Shown here in pieces: positions 21,238 to 29,855 of a DNA stretch of 42,870 nucleotides. Below the pieces are notes generated by a model. That model was not told the origin of the DNA. It did no database searches and saw only the letters and a program-made list of their open reading frames with translations. The stretch is from Candidatus Alectryocaccobium stercorigallinarum (lineage in GTDB: Bacteria; Bacillota; Clostridia; Lachnospirales; Lachnospiraceae). The stretch spans positions 1-42,870 of the forward strand of contig DVOP01000025.1 in the NCBI GenBank assembly GCA_018713465.1. Reading direction: 5' to 3'. A program made the translations under genes and the position numbers. Every line of letters begins with the position of its first letter. Within the stretch, counting starts at the first letter, position 1.

Positions 21238-22316
21238 TATTTATTCCTCCTCATCAGATCAATAAATTTTCCGAACAGAAAACCTGTGTCTTTCGGTCCG
21301 CCGCAGGCCTCCGGGTGGAACTGCACTGTAAAGCACATTTTTTCCGGATATTCCATTCCCTCGCAGCTCATATCGTTCGCATTATAAAAAATCTCTCTTC
21401 CCACACCTCTTAAGCTTTCGGAAACTACCGCGTAGCCGTGGTTCTGGCTTGTTATATACGTTCTGCAGCCGTATACCTCTTTTACAGGCTGGTTCGCGCC
21501 TCTGTGTCCGTATTTGAGCTTTATCGTCTCTCCGCCCATCGCCAAGGCTGTAAGCTGATGTCCTAAGCATATGCCGAACACCGGTACTTTTCCCAAAAGT
21601 TTTTTTATCTGTTCTATGCTGTATGAGTTGTCCTTCGGGTCTCCCGGGCCATTTGAAAGCATTATCCCGTCCGGGCAGCCGGCCAATATATTTTCCGCCG
21701 GAGTATCGTATGGCACGACTTTGACATCACAGTTTAAATTTTGCAGAGAGGTTATTATATTTTTCTTCGCGCCGTAATCTATAAGCGTAACATCGTACAT
21801 TTTATGTCCTTTCGCAGGAAAGACTGATATGCCGCTCCTGCTGACCTGCGCCACCACATCGGACGCCTTATATCCTGATAAGCGGCTTTTTATACTGCGA
21901 AGCTCCTCATCGGAGATCCCTGAGCATATCGCCGCGTTCATTACCCCTTCTTCTCTTATTATCTTTGTAACGGCCCTCGTATCTATGCCGCATATCCCCG
22001 GGATATCGTTATCTTTTAAAAATCTGCCTGCCGTATCCTCACATCTGAAATTCGACGGCGTTTCGCAGAGCTCGCGCACGATATATCCTTTAAGCGCGCA
22101 CTTCCCTTCAAAATCTTCCTTCGTTATCCCGTAATTTCCAATAAGAGGAAAGGTCTGCATAACTATCTGACCCGCATAGCTCGGATCGGTAAGCGTTTCG
22201 GTATATCCGGCCATGCCGGTCGTAAAAACAAGCTCGCCTACAGTATCCCTGTCTGAACCTATGCGCTCCCCTTCAAATATTTCTCCGTTTTCCAATATTA
22301 AATATGCCTTAGACAC
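21237..22316 (-). CDS. carA: carbamoyl-phosphate synthase small subunit (glutamine amidotransferase)
   Basis: 359 aa counted from the GTG at 22316 (GGAGG 5 nt upstream). N-terminal SKAYLILENGEIFEG, plus triad GATase motifs GICLGHQ and the HP of FHPE. The ATG at 22346 in the ORF track has no RBS. Confidence 0.92.
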   Translation of the reverse strand: MSKAYLILENGEIFEGERIGSDRDTVGELVFTTGMAGYTETLTDPSYAGQIVMQTFPLIGNYGITKEDFEGKCALKGYIVRELCETPSNFRCEDTAGRFLKDNDIPGICGIDTRAVTKIIREEGVMNAAICSGISDEELRSIKSRLSGYKASDVVAQVSRSGISVFPAKGHKMYDVTLIDYGAKKNIITSLQNLNCDVKVVPYDTPAENILAGCPDGIMLSNGPGDPKDNSYSIEQIKKLLGKVPVFGICLGHQLTALAMGGETIKLKYGHRGANQPVKEVYGCRTYITSQNHGYAVVSESLRGVGREIFYNANDMSCEGMEYPEKMCFTVQFHPEACGGPKDTGFLFGKFIDLMRRNK

Positions 22317-22342
22317 GACGACCTCCAAATTACAGCATTGCA

Positions 22343-22380
22343 GCATTAAAAACCGCAGCGAAAACAGCGGTTTTTAATGC
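22343..22380 (-). terminator. 14-bp perfect hairpin between amt::PII and carA (probable, possibly leaky, terminator)
   Basis: On the minus strand: GCATTAAAAACCGC-TGTTTTCGCT-GCGGTTTTTAATGC. The T5 run lies inside the 3' arm, so a shorter CCGC/GCGG+T5 form would behave as a terminator. Confidence 0.5.
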
Positions 22381-22409
22381 TTACAGATGATTCCAATTTA
22401 TTACTATAT

Positions 22410-22778
22410 TCAGTTATCTTCAGGATTCAGGTCCTGAAGCGCCTGATATCCGTGTTCTCCTGTACGGATCTTTACAACGTCCTCGACGTCATAAACAAAT
22501 ATCTTTCCGTCTCCGTATTTTCCGGTATACAGACATTCGCGAACCGCTTCTATAAGCGTATCTACCGGTATCATGCTTACTACGACCTCAAGCTTGATCT
22601 TCGGAAGAAGACGTGAATCAACAGGATTTCCCCTGAAGTATACGGAATGTCCCTTCTGATATCCGTATCCGAGCACGTTTGTAACCGTGATTCCCGTAAT
22701 GCCAAGATCGTCAAGCACAGTCTGCAGCTGAGGAAATTTATTCTGATTGATAATAATGCTTACCTTAGTTATCTTCGC
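22410..22778 (-). other. PII signal-transduction domain of the Amt fusion protein
   Basis: KITKVSIIINQNKFPQLQTVLDDLGITGITVTNVLGYGYQKGHSVYFRGNPVDSRLLPKIKLEVVV...GKYGDGKIFVYDVEDVVKIRTGE. This has the PII beta-alpha-beta pattern, a short T-loop and the C-terminal GDGKIFV motif. Confidence 0.8.
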
Positions 22779-24188
22779 TCCCGCCGTTTCGTGATGTTCT
22801 ACAGGAACGGCTTTATCCACGCTTACCGCCTCTGTCATGTCAGAGTCAGCAGTATATGAAGCGGCTGCTTTTCCATATTCTTTTTCCAGTTCAGCGACGA
22901 TATCGCTTCTGTGTTCATAAGACTCTGCAACTCTTACAAAATCAGGATAAGCGATGTTTCCATGCTCTCCGATATCAAGACCCTGTATCTCTTCCTCGCT
23001 CGAAACACGTATTCCCATCGTCGCCTTGATAAGGAGCCATACGACGGCCGACGCCGCGAATGTAAAGCCGCCTATCGCGGCAATGCCTATGAGCTGTACT
23101 CCGAGAAGTCCGAAACCGCCGCCAAAAAACAGGCCGTTAGTTGTTGAAAGCGATGTGACTCCCTCCTGCGCGAAAAGCCCTACGCAGATAGTTCCGAAAA
23201 CGCCGCAGCAAAGATGTACGGACGTAGCTCCGACCGGATCGTCTATTCTGCAGCGGTCAAAGAATCCGACCGCAAATACTACAAGTATTCCGGAAACTGC
23301 GCCTATCAGGATAGAAATCTCAATGGAAACGTACGCACAGCTGCCGGTAATTCCTACAAGCCCGGCAAGACAGCCGTTTATTGTCATGCCAAGATCCGGC
23401 TTTTTGAGCACTATCCACGAGGTTATAGTCGAAGTAAGCACCGCGACTATTGCCGAGGTATTTGTTGTCAAAAGGATATGCATAACGTCCGTCGGATTCT
23501 GGAAGCTCATTGTAGAGCCCGGGTTGAATCCGAACCAGCCGAGCCAGAGAACGAAAAGTCCAATGACCGCAAGCGACATGCTGTGTCCCGGTATAGCTCT
23601 CGGCTTCCTGTCTTTTCCGTATTTTCCAATTCTCGGCCCAAGCAGCATAGCTCCGGCAAGAGCTGCCCAGCCGCCTACCGAGTGAACGACCGAATCGCCC
23701 GCGAAATCCATAAACCCAAGATCGGCGAGCCAGCCGCCGCCCCATACCCAATGGCCTACTATCGGGTAAATAACAAGCGTAAGCACGAATGAGAACACTA
23801 TGAACGAAACATATTTAACGCGCTCCGCTACGGCTCCGGAAACGATCGTCGCCGCCGTGCCGCAGAACACAAGCTGGAAGAAGAACTTGCCCCAGAACGG
23901 AACGCTTGACGTCAGCGTGCCGTCATAAAACGAAAGATCCTGTCCTCCTAAGATGAACAAATGCTCTGTTCCGATTATCGGGTTATCGCCTCCGAACATT
24001 ATGCCCCAGCCTAAGAGCATAAATCCGAGCGATGAGACCGCAAACACGATAAAGTTCTTTGAAAGAATATTTACCGTATTCTTTGATCTCGCAAAGCCCG
24101 CTTCGACGCTGGCAAAACCGAGGTTCATAAAGAACACCAAAATAGCCGCCAGAAAGACCCATAAAGTGTCGATCAAAGAAAATTCCAT
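22410..24188 (-). CDS. amt: ammonium transporter (Amt family) fused to a C-terminal PII (GlnB/GlnK-like) domain
   Basis: 592 aa counted from the ATG at 24188 (AAAGAGGGG upstream). Amt motifs are present (FASVEAGFARSKN; twin His in DSVVHSVGGW and SVHLCCGVFG). A linker of about 60 aa follows, then a PII fold. Confidence 0.9.
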   Translation of the reverse strand: MEFSLIDTLWVFLAAILVFFMNLGFASVEAGFARSKNTVNILSKNFIVFAVSSLGFMLLGWGIMFGGDNPIIGTEHLFILGGQDLSFYDGTLTSSVPFWGKFFFQLVFCGTAATIVSGAVAERVKYVSFIVFSFVLTLVIYPIVGHWVWGGGWLADLGFMDFAGDSVVHSVGGWAALAGAMLLGPRIGKYGKDRKPRAIPGHSMSLAVIGLFVLWLGWFGFNPGSTMSFQNPTDVMHILLTTNTSAIVAVLTSTITSWIVLKKPDLGMTINGCLAGLVGITGSCAYVSIEISILIGAVSGILVVFAVGFFDRCRIDDPVGATSVHLCCGVFGTICVGLFAQEGVTSLSTTNGLFFGGGFGLLGVQLIGIAAIGGFTFAASAVVWLLIKATMGIRVSSEEEIQGLDIGEHGNIAYPDFVRVAESYEHRSDIVAELEKEYGKAAASYTADSDMTEAVSVDKAVPVEHHETAGAKITKVSIIINQNKFPQLQTVLDDLGITGITVTNVLGYGYQKGHSVYFRGNPVDSRLLPKIKLEVVVSMIPVDTLIEAVRECLYTGKYGDGKIFVYDVEDVVKIRTGEHGYQALQDLNPEDN

Positions 24189-24219
24189 AATAACTACCCC
24201 TCTTTCCAAAAAAATGTAC

Positions 24220-24257
24220 AAAAAAAGCAAAGGCGCTTCTTTCGAAACGTCTTTGCT
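24220..24257 (-). terminator. intrinsic terminator inside the amt::PII 5' leader
   Basis: On the minus strand: AGCAAAGACGTTTC-GAAA-GAAGCGCCTTTGCT, 13 pairs plus one A/C mismatch with a GNRA tetraloop, followed by T7. Confidence 0.8.
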
Positions 24258-24260
24258 TCG
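24243..24260 (-). promoter_or_regulatory. 5'-proximal hexaloop hairpin CGAAGC-AAAGAC-GUUUCG (candidate antiterminator / ANTAR target)
   Basis: 6-bp stem with hexaloop A1/G4, starting 9 nt after the -10 box. It contains the whole terminator 5' arm. Core is GCAAAGACGT. Confidence 0.6.
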
Positions 24261-24269
24261 TTTGTCCGT

Positions 24270-24298
24270 ATTTTAGAACATGTTTATAAATATGTCAA
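24270..24298 (-). promoter_or_regulatory. sigma-A type promoter for amt::PII, TTGACA-17 nt-TAAAAT
   Basis: Minus-strand TTGACA at 24298-24293, a 17-nt spacer, TAAAAT at 24275-24270. Confidence 0.65.
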
Positions 24299-24330
24299 GG
24301 ATTATTTGTATATTTTGCTTTGAAACATAT

Positions 24331-24359
24331 TTGACACCTCAATTAGCCTATGCTATCAT
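24331..24359 (+). promoter_or_regulatory. sigma-A type promoter, TTGACA-17 nt-TATCAT
   Basis: TTGACA at 24331-24336, a 17-nt spacer, TATCAT at 24354-24359, 22 nt upstream of the ATG at 24382. Confidence 0.6.
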
Positions 24360-24381
24360 CGGCATTGAAAGGAACTCAGAT

Positions 24382-25227
24382 ATGAATAATACTATAACTG
24401 CTGCAAACAAACCGCTGTTCTTGAGGATACTCCAGGGCATTTTAGTCGGCACAGGCGCCGTCCTTCCGGGAATATCCGGAGGCGTCCTCTGCGTCGTTTT
24501 TGGAATATATAAACCGCTGATGGAATTCTTCGGGAATCCTGTAAAAAGATTCAAAACCCACGCCGCGACGCTTATCCCGTTCGTAATAGGCGTAGTTATC
24601 GGATTCCTCGGCGTCGCGAAGCTGCTTGGATATCTTCTCAATAAATATCACGACCCGTCGGTATGCCTTTTTATCGGGCTTATCTGCGGCATGTTCCCGG
24701 CGCTGTTCCGGGAAGCCAAAAAGCAGGGTCAGCCCAAAGGCTGCCATATACCGATGATGATATCCTTTGCGGTCATCTTATCCCTGCTCATATTCCTTAA
24801 GGTCTTGTCGGTGGAAGTCACGCCAAACATCTTATGGTATATGTTCTGCGGCTTCTGCCTCGCGATAAGCATAATAGTTCCCGGAATGAGCTTTTCCACC
24901 CTGCTCATGCCCCTCGGACTTTATACGCCGTTCGTGAGCGCACTTGGAGGCCTGAAGTTTGATATAATCATACCGGCGCTTATCGGAGTAGTGCTTACCG
25001 TCGTTTTCCTTTCCAAGGGAGTGGACAAGCTTTTCGAAAAACATTACGCGTACGCGTATTACGGCATAATAGGCATAGTATCGGCCGCGACGATAATGAT
25101 AATTCCGTTTAAAAGTTTTACTGTTTCAGTTGAAAGCGCCGCTGCCAATATAATATGCGCCGCTGCGGGTGTTATCGCGGCTCTCGCGCTCGATAAATTC
25201 AATTCAAGCGTAACAAAACCAGATTAA
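24382..25227 (+). CDS. DUF368-family integral membrane protein (polyprenyl-phosphate transporter-like)
   Basis: 281 aa counted from the ATG at 24382 (AAAGGAA upstream). Polytopic, with GAVLPGISGGVL near the N-terminus and a second IVPGMSFSTLL repeat, which is typical of DUF368. Confidence 0.7.
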   Translation: MNNTITAANKPLFLRILQGILVGTGAVLPGISGGVLCVVFGIYKPLMEFFGNPVKRFKTHAATLIPFVIGVVIGFLGVAKLLGYLLNKYHDPSVCLFIGLICGMFPALFREAKKQGQPKGCHIPMMISFAVILSLLIFLKVLSVEVTPNILWYMFCGFCLAISIIVPGMSFSTLLMPLGLYTPFVSALGGLKFDIIIPALIGVVLTVVFLSKGVDKLFEKHYAYAYYGIIGIVSAATIMIIPFKSFTVSVESAAANIICAAAGVIAALALDKFNSSVTKPD

Positions 25228-25263
25228 AAAGCTGTGGCCGATATGGCCGCAGCTTTATTTTTT
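25228..25263. terminator. bidirectional rho-independent terminator
   Basis: AAAGCTGTGGCC (25228-25239), loop GATAT, GGCCGCAGCTTT (25245-25256), then ATTTTTT. It overlaps the stop codon of the convergent minus-strand gene. Confidence 0.8.
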
Positions 25264-25983
25264 CATAAATTTCCTTATGGCGTTTTCGTCGTTTCCCGGA
25301 AACGATTTGTGTATCTGACTTACTATCCTTTCGAACGAGGCTTCAGGCTCTTCAGCATAGCCTTTGGCTACGGCGTCGTACCCTACAAGCTTTTCAGGCG
25401 GCGTGTATACCGAGATAGCCCACCCGTATTCGCGTCCGTCCTTTTTTCTCTTTCTCCTCCTCAGGTCCTTTACGACAAGATATCCCTGCATCTGAAGCTC
25501 TGAAATCGTGCCCTCGAAATTTTTCTCTCCGCCGCTTCCAAATCCGCATTTTTCCTTTATCTCGAAAGAAAAAAGCTCGTCGTGCTCCAAAAAGATGTCC
25601 ATTACCTTTTTCTCTCTGCGGCCAGCAAGCTCGTCGTCCCAGAGCGCGTCAAAATCATATCCGTCGCGCCTGTAATTCGCGAACGCGGGAAACCAGTCCC
25701 ATGAGATAAATCCTGCTTTCCTACCGAAAAATTTGCCGTACGCAACCTTACGGCTCCTCGCGATAATAGCTCTCCACTCCCACGGGTCTTCTTCCTCGAT
25801 ACCGCTCCACCAATACAGATCGGAGACATGCTCTTCTGCAGAAAAGCCCTTTATCCCGTTGGCAAAAAGCGGCAGAAAGCCGACCTTATCGATATAAGCT
25901 ATAAGCTCATCGGGAGTCTTTATCCTGTCGGGATCGTCCCAATCAAGTCCGTGCATTATCCATTCGCCGTTTTCAAGAGCCAT
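25255..25983 (-). CDS. hypothetical cytoplasmic protein, possibly AlkZ-related / winged-helix family
   Basis: 242 aa counted from the ATG at 25983 (AAAGGAG upstream). The Trp-rich pattern (LYWWSG..EDPWEWR, FISWDWFPAFANYRRDGYDFD) recalls AlkZ-related proteins. This assignment is from memory only. Confidence 0.5.
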   Translation of the reverse strand: MALENGEWIMHGLDWDDPDRIKTPDELIAYIDKVGFLPLFANGIKGFSAEEHVSDLYWWSGIEEEDPWEWRAIIARSRKVAYGKFFGRKAGFISWDWFPAFANYRRDGYDFDALWDDELAGRREKKVMDIFLEHDELFSFEIKEKCGFGSGGEKNFEGTISELQMQGYLVVKDLRRRKRKKDGREYGWAISVYTPPEKLVGYDAVAKGYAEEPEASFERIVSQIHKSFPGNDENAIRKFMKK

Positions 25984-26036
25984 AAAAACTCCTTTCCCGA
26001 AATGTGCCTGTTGTTCCGGCCGCTGCCGCAAGAACG

Positions 26037-27422
26037 TTATTTTTTTTCGTCGTCTTTAAGCTTTGCATATTTTCTGCTCGGCCTGTAATATAAAACCGCA
26101 AAAAACAACATCAAAGCGGTCGAAGCGAGGCTTATCGGATAAACATTCATTATTGTCTGGAAGGTCGGGCTTTGCGGGAATACAAATTGTATCCATGTGA
26201 TACGTATTCCGCAAACGCCGATTATCGTAAGTACCGCCGGTATAAGCGAAATGCCAAAGCCCCTTAAATATCCCGACATAACTTCATAAAGCAGGCTGAA
26301 TATATGGGCGATAAGTATCGTCATCAGCCTTATATAACCTGTAGCCACGACCTCGGGGTCGTTATTGAATATCGCAAGAAGCGAATGCCCGAAAAATAAG
26401 ATAAGCGTTATTGCCGCTCCAAGGGCGATAATGCCCTCGCCGATACAAAGCAGCATTGTCTTCCTGCACCGCTTGAGCTCTCCTGCGCCGAAGTTCTGCC
26501 CTACAAAGGTAGTGCACGCCTGACTGAACGAATTCAGTACGTCATACGTGATAATTTCCAGATTGTACGCCGCGCTCGAAGCAGCCATCACGACAGTTCC
26601 AAGGCTGTTGATAGACGACTGCACTACTATGTTTGAAACGGAAAATACCGCGCTTTGTATCCCTGCCGGAAGCCCTATCCTCAATATCCTCTTAAGGCTC
26701 ACCACGTCTATTTTAAGATTTTTAGGGTCTACATGAATGACCTCTTTAGACTTGACGAGCTTCCTGTATAAAATAACCGCGCTTACCGCATTTGATATGA
26801 CTGTGGCTATAGCGACTCCGTTTACCGTCATCTTAAATACGATAACGAAAAACAGGTTCAATATAACATTCAAAACTCCCGACGTGGCAAGAGCTATCAG
26901 CGGAACCCTTGTTTCTCCCACGCTTCTGAAAATGGCCGCTTCAAAATTGTAGAGAAGTATGACCGGCATTCCGGCAAGATATATCCGAAGATAAAGCAAA
27001 GCCAGCGGAAATACGTCTTCGGGAACCTGCAGTATACCGAGTACCGGAGCGGCGACAAGTTCTCCTATCACCGTAACTATCAGGCCTCCGAAAATAGCAA
27101 CGACTATCGAGGTATGGACCGTTTTGTTTACGCTCGCCCTGTCTCCGTGTCCGATAGCGTGCGCGATGACTACATTCGCTCCAAGCGCGATACCGATAAA
27201 CAGATTTACTATCAGACTTATAAGCGCGCTGTTCGCCCCGACCGCAGCAACCGCGGCGGTACGCTCCGCTCCTGTAAAGTTCCCGACTACAGCAATATCA
27301 GAAGCGTTGAACAGCTGCTCCAATATCGCCGTCGCCGCAACCGGAAGCGCAAACTGCGGGATCTTGTTCCATATCGACCCGTGGATCATATCTATCTGGT
27401 GCGATCCAGACCTTGCTTTCAA
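26037..27422 (-). CDS. MATE family efflux transporter
   Basis: 461 aa and about 12 TM segments. The N-terminal IWNKIPQFALPVAATAILEQLFNASDIAVVG is typical of MATE. TTG start with AAGAGG upstream. Confidence 0.88.
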   Translation of the reverse strand: MKARSGSHQIDMIHGSIWNKIPQFALPVAATAILEQLFNASDIAVVGNFTGAERTAAVAAVGANSALISLIVNLFIGIALGANVVIAHAIGHGDRASVNKTVHTSIVVAIFGGLIVTVIGELVAAPVLGILQVPEDVFPLALLYLRIYLAGMPVILLYNFEAAIFRSVGETRVPLIALATSGVLNVILNLFFVIVFKMTVNGVAIATVISNAVSAVILYRKLVKSKEVIHVDPKNLKIDVVSLKRILRIGLPAGIQSAVFSVSNIVVQSSINSLGTVVMAASSAAYNLEIITYDVLNSFSQACTTFVGQNFGAGELKRCRKTMLLCIGEGIIALGAAITLILFFGHSLLAIFNNDPEVVATGYIRLMTILIAHIFSLLYEVMSGYLRGFGISLIPAVLTIIGVCGIRITWIQFVFPQSPTFQTIMNVYPISLASTALMLFFAVLYYRPSRKYAKLKDDEKK

Positions 27423-27544
27423 TTAAAACGCCTCTTTTCCGTAAATAATTTTTTGACCGCGATTCAGTATATGACTTTAAAACCAGAAATTCAAGCATAT
27501 AAATTTTGTTTTTTACCGGATATGCATTTTGTTTTTTTACGGGT

Positions 27545-28909
27545 TCATATCTTTTTCCGCTCAAGCCTCACGACACATTCACAATGTACGCTCATCGGGA
27601 ACATATCAACCGGCTGGACACGGACAGGTTCGTATCCTTTTTCCTTCATAAACTTCAAATCCCTTGCGAGCGTCGCCGGGTTGCAGCTTACATATACTAT
27701 CCTGTCCGGCGCGATATCGGCTATCGTCGAAAGCGTTTTTTCGTCGCAGCCTTTTCTTGGCGGGTCGACGATCACAACATCGGCCTTCTTTAACCCGTTG
27801 GCATACAATTCTGGCAGAACGTCTTCTGCAGCGCCGGCGTAAAATTCAGCGTTTTCAAGACCGTTCAGCTTCGCGTTCTCTTTCGCGTCCTCTATCGCCT
27901 GCGGAATGATCTCTATGCCGTAAACCTTTTTCGCGTTTCGCGCGGCATACAGTCCTATCGTTCCGATACCGCAGTAAAGGTCGATAATGGTCTCGCTTCC
28001 TGAAAGCGAAGCAAATTCAACTGCTTTGTCATACAGCTTTTTTGTCTGCTCCGGGTTTACCTGATAAAACGAAAGCGGCGAAATATGATATCTTATATCG
28101 CCGATCATATCTTCTATATATTCCCTGCCGAAAATACTGACGACCTTATCACCGAGTATAACATTGTCGCGTCTCGTATTGACGCAGTACGATATCCCGG
28201 TTATCTCTTTATGCGCCGACATCTTTTCGAGGAGCTTATCCGCAAAAGGCAGCTTCTTTCCGTTTATGACAAGGCAGAGCGCCGTTTCTCCTGACGCAAA
28301 TCCTTTCCTTAAAAAAATATGCCTGACAAGCCCCTTTCCGCTTGCCTCATCATACGGACGTATACCGTTTTCATTCAGCCACTCCAAGACCGAAGCCGTT
28401 ATGCCTCCGAAATCTTCAGGACTTAAAAGACAGTCATCGCATTTTATTATCTCATGCGTCCTTTCGGCGAAAAATCCGCATACCGCCTTGCCGTCCTTGT
28501 CCATACCGACAGGGTACTGCGCCTTATTCCTGTATCTGAATATATTTTCAGCTCCTATAGTGTCGCAGACTTCTATATCCGAAAAACCGCCTATCCGCCT
28601 TAAGCACTCGCGCACCTTTGTCTTCTTGAACTCAAGCTGCGCGGCGTAATCCATGTTTTGCAGCTGGCAGCCGCCGCACCTTTTATACACCGGGCACGCC
28701 GGTTCGACTCTGTAAGGCGACCTTTCTATAAATTCAACTATCCTCGCGAACCCGAACGTCTTTTTCACTTTTGTAACGACAACTTTCACTACGTCGCCCA
28801 TAACGGCGTGGCGCACAAAAAGAGGGAAGCCCGAAGTCTTCCCTATTCCTTGTCCGCGATCGTCCTGATCAGTTATTTCAATTGTAAAAACATCATTCTT
28901 ACTTATCAT
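27545..28909 (-). CDS. rlmD: 23S rRNA (uracil-C5)-methyltransferase, RlmD/RumA family
   Basis: 454 aa. An N-terminal TRAM-like domain, the Fe-S Cys cluster (CPVYKRCGGCQLQ), a SAM fold (IDLYCGIGTIG) and the catalytic VSCNP motif. Confidence 0.88.
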   Translation of the reverse strand: MISKNDVFTIEITDQDDRGQGIGKTSGFPLFVRHAVMGDVVKVVVTKVKKTFGFARIVEFIERSPYRVEPACPVYKRCGGCQLQNMDYAAQLEFKKTKVRECLRRIGGFSDIEVCDTIGAENIFRYRNKAQYPVGMDKDGKAVCGFFAERTHEIIKCDDCLLSPEDFGGITASVLEWLNENGIRPYDEASGKGLVRHIFLRKGFASGETALCLVINGKKLPFADKLLEKMSAHKEITGISYCVNTRRDNVILGDKVVSIFGREYIEDMIGDIRYHISPLSFYQVNPEQTKKLYDKAVEFASLSGSETIIDLYCGIGTIGLYAARNAKKVYGIEIIPQAIEDAKENAKLNGLENAEFYAGAAEDVLPELYANGLKKADVVIVDPPRKGCDEKTLSTIADIAPDRIVYVSCNPATLARDLKFMKEKGYEPVRVQPVDMFPMSVHCECVVRLERKKI

Positions 28910-29855
28910 TTTCCACAGTCGTCTTTCTGATATTAGATTCCAGAAACTTATTATATCCGAGCCAGTCGGTCTTCACCGAGCTGTCCTCCACGATCTCGCG
29001 CATAGTTTCCATTCTCGCGTCGGTAAGATCCGCAAGACTAAGCGCAAGCGCTTCCGCTATAGCCGGCTTTTTAGGAGAACCGAATTCAAGCTCGCCGTGA
29101 TGTGATAAAATACAGTGCTCAAGTTCGTTCGCCAGTATCTCCGGAAATCCGTCTATTTTTGAAATAGCGTCATGCACCATCTGATAGCCGATTATAACGT
29201 GTCCGACAAGCTGCCCTTCGTCGGTATAATCATTCATCGGAAACGGCGAAAGCTCTTTCGTCTTTCCGATATCATGGAAAAGCGCCGCCGATATAAGAAG
29301 ATCATAATTCAAGAAAGGATAAGTCTTCGTATAGATATGGCAGAGCCTTACAACGCCGAAGGTATGCTCCAAAAGTCCGCCGATAAAGCCGTGATGGACG
29401 CTCTTTGCAGCGGAGCTTTTTTTGAACGTTTCGATAAAGCCCTCGTCTTCTACAAAAAAGCTGTCGACAAGCTTCTTAAGATACGGATTCTGTATCTTTT
29501 CAATATAATCGCAGAGCGCCTTATACATCGACTCCGGCGAATATCTGCTGCACGGCATATAATCCGCAACATTGTATTCCACCTCGTTCGGCACCCTTAC
29601 CCTGCGTACCGAAAGCTGCAGCGAGCTGTTGAAAAGGCTCACTTCGCCCATTATGTCTATATATTCTCCGGTCTCAAAATCTTCTATTGCCGGGCTGTTC
29701 GTATCCCATATCTTCGCGTCTATAGTGCCCGTCTTGTCCTGCAATACCATGTTATAATACTGCTTGCCGTTTTTAGAAACGGCAGCTATCTTTGATTTGC
29801 AGAAATATATTCCTGATATCTTGTTTCCGTCTTCAAAATCTTTTATAAATTTCAT
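28899..29855 (-). CDS. yhaM: 3'-5' exoribonuclease YhaM (OB-fold + HD domain)
   Basis: 318 aa. An N-terminal OB fold (NMVLQDKTGTIDAKIWD) and an HD domain (HHGFIGGLLEHT, LFHDIGK, SHHG). Confidence 0.85.
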   Translation of the reverse strand: MKFIKDFEDGNKISGIYFCKSKIAAVSKNGKQYYNMVLQDKTGTIDAKIWDTNSPAIEDFETGEYIDIMGEVSLFNSSLQLSVRRVRVPNEVEYNVADYMPCSRYSPESMYKALCDYIEKIQNPYLKKLVDSFFVEDEGFIETFKKSSAAKSVHHGFIGGLLEHTFGVVRLCHIYTKTYPFLNYDLLISAALFHDIGKTKELSPFPMNDYTDEGQLVGHVIIGYQMVHDAISKIDGFPEILANELEHCILSHHGELEFGSPKKPAIAEALALSLADLTDARMETMREIVEDSSVKTDWLGYNKFLESNIRKTTVENDK

